A DNA stretch of 64,000 nucleotides, taken from a bacterium (GTDB lineage: Bacteria > Patescibacteriota > Minisyncoccia > UBA6257 > UBA9933). The notes under the pieces were generated by a model that was not told the origin of the DNA, did no database searches, and saw only the letters and a list, made by a program, of their open reading frames with translations. Location: NCBI GenBank assembly GCA_021796335.1, contig JAJYHZ010000001.1, forward strand, positions 144,360 through 208,359, read 5' to 3'. This document shows positions 59,221-64,000 of this stretch, piece after piece; positions within the stretch are counted from its first letter, which is position 1; each line of letters starts with the position of its first letter. The position numbers and the translations under genes were made by a program.

Positions 59221-60330
59221 ATGGTTAAAAAAACGATTTTCTCCATAATCCTTTTGATTTTTTTAGTTGTTATTTTCGGATTTTTTTACCAGAACTTCCG
59301 CATTAATCATCCGGAAATATCCATTTCCGATTCCAATGCCGCTATAAAAAATATTGAAAGCGAATTCATCCAAAACAAGCCCGCTTCGAAAGCATTTCAA
59401 AATCCGACTGAAGTAAAAGCTTTATATATGACGGCAAACAGCGCCAGCATGCAATCCAGGGTCGATGAAATAATAAATCTGATAAATCGCAAAGAAATTA
59501 ATGCTATTGTGGTGAACGTAAAAGACGAAGATGGCGGGATTTTCCTTTCTGATTCTACAAAAAATCTGGTTGATAGGCTTAATGAAAATGGGATCTACTC
59601 GATTGCCAGGATAGTAGTATTTCAGGATAAGAAATTGGCCGAAGAAAATCCAAACGTAGCCTTAAAAACAAAAAGCGGCAAAATTTGGTACTCAAAAGGC
59701 CAATATTGGGTTGATCCGGAAAGCAAAGAAGTCTGGGATTATAATCTCAATATTGCCGATAAAGCGCTTGATATGGGATTCCGAGAAGTTAATTTTGATT
59801 ATATGAGATTTCCTTCGGACGGAGCGGTATCCGATATTGTTTATCCTGTTTATAACGGCAAAACTCCCAAAGAAGACGTTATTGCCGGTTTTACGCAATA
59901 TCTTTATTCAAATATAAAAAAATCTCATCCTGACGCCGTTGTTTCCGCGGATATTTTCGCATATACATTCTTGAAAGACGACCTCGGAATAGGCCAGCGC
60001 CTGACAAAAATTGCAAAAAATTTCGACGTGATTTGCCCCATGGTTTATCCTTCGCATTACAGCCCAGGCGATTTCGGTTTTAAAAATCCGGCCGAAGAAC
60101 CTTATCAGGTTATCTTAAAAACCATAGAAGCGGGCAAGAAAAAACTCGACCAGGCTGGAGAAACGGTTAAAATCCGACCATGGCTTCAAGATTTTAATTT
60201 GGGAGCCGATTATACTCCGGAGATGTTCAGAAAAGAAGTCCAAGCCGTATATGATTCCGGGCTTAAAAACGGCTGGATGGTTTGGAATCCTTCAAATATC
60301 TACAGCCCTGATTATTTTTTAAATAAATAA
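59221..60330 (+). CDS. Putative glycoside hydrolase (DUF4015-like)
   Basis: ARIVVFQD, FDYMRFP, PMVYPSHY, RPWLQDF. Confidence 0.82.
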   Translation: MVKKTIFSIILLIFLVVIFGFFYQNFRINHPEISISDSNAAIKNIESEFIQNKPASKAFQNPTEVKALYMTANSASMQSRVDEIINLINRKEINAIVVNVKDEDGGIFLSDSTKNLVDRLNENGIYSIARIVVFQDKKLAEENPNVALKTKSGKIWYSKGQYWVDPESKEVWDYNLNIADKALDMGFREVNFDYMRFPSDGAVSDIVYPVYNGKTPKEDVIAGFTQYLYSNIKKSHPDAVVSADIFAYTFLKDDLGIGQRLTKIAKNFDVICPMVYPSHYSPGDFGFKNPAEEPYQVILKTIEAGKKKLDQAGETVKIRPWLQDFNLGADYTPEMFRKEVQAVYDSGLKNGWMVWNPSNIYSPDYFLNK

Positions 60331-60450
60331 AAATTATTTGCATCGTAATTTTTATCCTGATATAATTTATATTTAATAGAACTTCCTGGTCAAATTTATT
60401 TTAATTCTTTTTTTAAAAATACCGTCAAGGCCTGGTTTAGCAAGAAATCT

Positions 60451-60789
60451 ATGATGAATATAAGAAATATAAACGCTTCCGAAGCGAAGCAATTAATAGA
60501 TGAAAATAAAAACAATTCCGAGTTCGTAATTATGGATGTCCGCACTCCGGAGGAATATAATGCCGCTAAATTGAAGAATTCCATAAATTATGATATTTAC
60601 GGCCGTGATTTCGTAAATAAAATTTCCGAATTGGATAAAAATAAAATTTATTTTATTTATTGCCATTCCGGAAACCGCAGCTTTATGGCGGCAAATATAA
60701 TGCTTAAACTTGGATTCCAAAATGTTTATAATTTGGAAAATGGTATCATTGAATGGGATAATTTGAATTATCCGCTTGTTTTTCAATGA
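60451..60789 (+). CDS. Rhodanese-domain protein
   Basis: DVRTPEEY, YCHSGNRS, NLENGI..W. Confidence 0.9.
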   Translation: MMNIRNINASEAKQLIDENKNNSEFVIMDVRTPEEYNAAKLKNSINYDIYGRDFVNKISELDKNKIYFIYCHSGNRSFMAANIMLKLGFQNVYNLENGIIEWDNLNYPLVFQ

Positions 60790-61895
60790 GTTTAATCTCA
60801 ATAGTTAAAAAAATAATTCTAATTTTTCTTGTGGCTGGAATCGCCGTTTTCGGTTTTTTTATTTTTGGTAAGAAGATTAATCTGGGTCAAAATTATCAAA
60901 ACCTTTCGCAGAATCCGACAAACTTCCCGACCGGGGAATTAACTAAATTACTTGATCTGCGCAGCAACAGCAAAAGCGACTTTTATCAAACGAATTTAAA
61001 ATGCCAGATACCGGTTAAATACAGCATCGGCTATTTTGATCCTCGATTCGGGATTTCCCGTCAAGAATTTTTAACCGCGATTGATAAAGCTTCCGCAATC
61101 TGGGAATCCGGAACCGGAAAAAAACTATTCGAGTATGACCCCAACGGCCCCCTGAAAATAAATTTGGTTTTTGATGCAAGACAAGAAGATACAAGCATTT
61201 TAAAAATCGTAGGAACAGAAATAACCGCCGATCAAAATAATTACAATGCGCTCAAAAACGAATACGACTCGACAATATCTAATTATAATACCGAATCAAG
61301 TAAATATGCCGATTTAAAATCGCAGTACAATCAAGCCTATCAGCAATATGACAATCTTTCGCAGCAATACGGCCAACAACTTCAAAATTTAAATTCCCAA
61401 ATCGATTATTGGAACAGCCAAGGAGGCGCGCCTCCTAAGGAATATGACAAACTAATAACCGAAGAAAACTCCTTAAACTCTCTTTATTCAAGATTAGAAG
61501 ATCAGAAGCAAGTAGCCAATCGACTTGCCGACCAAGTTAATCAAGAACAATCGGCGGTAAACGATCTTGCATCTCAAGTAAACAATTTAGCGGGCATTTT
61601 AAACCGCCTGGCGGATAAAATGAATCTGCAAATAAACAAATACGATTCTGTTCAGACGGATATAGGGACAAGTTTTACACAAGGCCTTTACCATTATGAC
61701 AGCGAAACCGGAGCTGAAATAAATATTTACCAATTCTATGATCAGAATAATGATCTGGTCATAGTCCTGGCTCACGAACTGGGGCATGCTTTGGGCTTGG
61801 GACATGTCAGTGACCCGCAATCAATAATGTACTATTTAATGGGCAAGCAAGAATTCAAATTGACTCGGGAAGATTTACTTGCATTTAAAAAATAA
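60786..61895 (+). CDS. Matrixin-family metalloprotease with coiled-coil insert
   Basis: HELGHALGLGH + SIM Met-turn; N-terminal TM. Confidence 0.88.
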   Translation: MSLISIVKKIILIFLVAGIAVFGFFIFGKKINLGQNYQNLSQNPTNFPTGELTKLLDLRSNSKSDFYQTNLKCQIPVKYSIGYFDPRFGISRQEFLTAIDKASAIWESGTGKKLFEYDPNGPLKINLVFDARQEDTSILKIVGTEITADQNNYNALKNEYDSTISNYNTESSKYADLKSQYNQAYQQYDNLSQQYGQQLQNLNSQIDYWNSQGGAPPKEYDKLITEENSLNSLYSRLEDQKQVANRLADQVNQEQSAVNDLASQVNNLAGILNRLADKMNLQINKYDSVQTDIGTSFTQGLYHYDSETGAEINIYQFYDQNNDLVIVLAHELGHALGLGHVSDPQSIMYYLMGKQEFKLTREDLLAFKK

Positions 61896-61925
61896 TGCGG
61901 TAATAATTAAATAAATAACTGACGT

Positions 61926-62441
61926 ATGAAAAATTCGCTTTTAGCCGCCATTGCTATAATAATTTTATTCGGAATCGGATTTTACTTTTACGAAAAAACT
62001 GATTTCAATCAATCGCATCCGATGAATCAAATTCAACCGCAGAAAGAATCGCAAAATCAAACAGTCGCAGCCGAAAATAAAATAAATAATCAAATAAATA
62101 TGGAAAATAAAACAACTGGCGACGGATTGCAAATCCAGATATTAAAACAAGGAACCGGTGAATCGGCCAAAAAAGGCGATACGGTAACCGTTAATTACGT
62201 CGGCACCCTGACAAACGGAACAAAATTCGATTCCAGCATAGACAGAGGACAGCCGTTTTCATTTATTCTGGGAGCGGAACAAGTTATTAAAGGATGGGAT
62301 AAAGGAGTCTTGGGGATGAAAGTCGGGGAGGTCAGAAAATTAATTATTCCGCCCGAACTCGGTTATGGTTCTAATACGGTTGGTCCGATTCCCGCAAATT
62401 CCACTCTCGTTTTCGAAGTAACGCTTCTTAAAATAAATTGA
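61926..62441 (+). CDS. FKBP-type peptidyl-prolyl isomerase
   Basis: VNYVGTL.NG..FDSS, VIKGW, IPPELGYG. Confidence 0.93.
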   Translation: MKNSLLAAIAIIILFGIGFYFYEKTDFNQSHPMNQIQPQKESQNQTVAAENKINNQINMENKTTGDGLQIQILKQGTGESAKKGDTVTVNYVGTLTNGTKFDSSIDRGQPFSFILGAEQVIKGWDKGVLGMKVGEVRKLIIPPELGYGSNTVGPIPANSTLVFEVTLLKIN

Positions 62442-62610
62442 TTTTTACTTGTATTTTTTTGCATATTTTGCTAAACTTTTAAAGCGCACCTGAAAGAAAC
62501 CTACGCTCGAACGCTCGAAGCATTGACTTCCTAGAACATTCGAAGTGCGAAATCCCACACTTAATTCTTAAGTTTTGGGATTTATTTAGCGCCCGCAAGG
62601 GCTTTTTATT

Positions 62611-64000
62611 ATGAAAATAAAAAATGTCGCAATCATCGCACATGTTGACCATGGCAAAACAACTTTAGTTGACGCCCTGCTTCGCCAATCCAAAACTAAA
62701 TTAAACAAGGACATTGTCGACGCCGTCTGCATAATGGACAATAATGAATTGGAACGCGAAAGAGGAATAACTATTTTTTCCAAAAATGCATCGGTCAAAT
62801 GGGGCGATACGAAAATAAATATTATTGATACTCCCGGACACGCCGATTTCGGCGGTGAAGTTGAACGCGTCTTAAAAATGGCGGACGGCTGTTTGCTTTT
62901 AATAGATGCGAAAGAAGGCCCCATGCCGCAGACCCGTTTTGTTTTAAAAAAAGCTCTTGAACTCGGACATAAGATAATCGTTATCGTGAATAAAATCGAC
63001 AAACCCGATGCCAGGCCCAACTATGTTCTGAATAAAACTTTTGACCTGTTTATCGAATTGGGAGCGGATGAAAAAACCATCGAATTCCCGGTTATTTATG
63101 CATCTTCAAAGCAAGGGAAGGCCGGATTAGAACCGGCCATTGATAAAATGTCCGATATTTCACCGATTTTCGACGCCATTGGAAAATACATTCCGGATCC
63201 GGCCGGTGATCCCGAAAAACCGCTGCAAATATTGATAACTTCGATTGCCGCCGATAATTTTAAAGGAAGAATTGCGATTGGAAAAATTTATAACGGGAAG
63301 ATAAAAGCAGGACAAAATATTGCACATCTGAATCGCAGCGGCAAAATTCAAAAATACCGTCTGGTTTCATTGATGACTTTCAGCGGCTTGGAAAAAATTG
63401 AAGCTCAAGAAGTCGAAGCGGGGGATATTGTAGCGATTGCCGGGATTCCCGATATTACTATAGGCGAAACGATCGCCGATACAGAAAATCCCATTGCTTT
63501 GCCATTGCTTAAAATCGAAGAACCGACTGTTAAAATGAATTTTTCTATAAACGATTCTCCGTTCGCCGGCCGAGAAGGAAATTTTACGACTTCGCGGCAA
63601 ATTCGTGAAAGATTATTTAAAGAATTGGAAACTGACATGGCTTTGCGAGTCGAAGATAGCGAAAATGGAGACTGGATTGTGTCCGGAAGAGGCGAACTTC
63701 ATTTGGCGATTTTAATTGAAAGAATGCGCCGCGAAGGATACGAATTTCAGGTTTCCCGTCCGCAGGTGATCATTAAAGAAATCAACGGAGTAAAAATGAC
63801 TCCGTATGAAATGGTGTTCATCGAAGTTCCCGAAGATTATTCCGGAGTTGTAATCCAAAAACTCGGTAGTCGACAAGGAGAGCTTAAAAATATGCAAACT
63901 GAAAACGGAACAGTTAATATGGAATTCTTAATTCCGACCGCCGGTCTTCTCGGTTATCGCAGCGAATTTTTGACCGATACCCGTGGTCTCGGAATTATGA
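62611..64000 (+). CDS. typA: Translational GTPase TypA/BipA (partial, runs off the window)
   Basis: IAHVDHGKTT, DTPGHADFGGEVER, GRGELHLAILIE.MRREGYE; not in ORF track because no stop in the window. Confidence 0.95.
   Translation, partial: MKIKNVAIIAHVDHGKTTLVDALLRQSKTKLNKDIVDAVCIMDNNELERERGITIFSKNASVKWGDTKINIIDTPGHADFGGEVERVLKMADGCLLLIDAKEGPMPQTRFVLKKALELGHKIIVIVNKIDKPDARPNYVLNKTFDLFIELGADEKTIEFPVIYASSKQGKAGLEPAIDKMSDISPIFDAIGKYIPDPAGDPEKPLQILITSIAADNFKGRIAIGKIYNGKIKAGQNIAHLNRSGKIQKYRLVSLMTFSGLEKIEAQEVEAGDIVAIAGIPDITIGETIADTENPIALPLLKIEEPTVKMNFSINDSPFAGREGNFTTSRQIRERLFKELETDMALRVEDSENGDWIVSGRGELHLAILIERMRREGYEFQVSRPQVIIKEINGVKMTPYEMVFIEVPEDYSGVVIQKLGSRQGELKNMQTENGTVNMEFLIPTAGLLGYRSEFLTDTRGLGIM

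Noticed and set aside
62485-62606. Riboswitch or ncRNA upstream of typA
   Set aside because: Some short hairpins, but no recognisable family consensus.

Overview
Chromosomal DNA from a low-GC bacterium, most likely Patescibacteria/CPR. This is inferred from the absence of rpmD between rpsE and rplO, a class I LysRS, a short AlaRS and SD-less A-rich leaders. 0.1-2.4 kb is a dTTP-synthesis cluster. 2.7-14.7 kb is the S10/spc ribosomal superoperon through secY-adk-map, followed by housekeeping genes (nadK, greA, lysS, dnaG, rpoD, alaS) and a proteasome-beta-like Ntn hydrolase. The main finding starts at tRNA-Asn (25287-25359), whose 3' end carries a tandem stack of large-serine-recombinase elements joined at a shared GAGC core. 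Element A (25357-34580) has a recombinase, an MTase/DUF262-HNH cassette, an SDH-type protease and a Replic_Relax protein. Element B (34577-42443) has a recombinase, an excisionase-like HTH, a structured RNA, membrane cargo and a lone TerS. Element C (42440-~44699) is probably recombinase-less. The att sites lie inside the 3' ends of the recombinase genes. Element A also carries an intact, inverted 400-bp second copy of its own attP in its middle, so its excised circle would have two inverted repeats, like the yeast 2-micron plasmid. Downstream are an SF2 helicase with five tandem C-terminal repeats, many small foreign-looking ORFs, csoR-trxA-trxB, a sortase/substrate pair and a partial typA. 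All comparisons were made by eye; no database searches were run.
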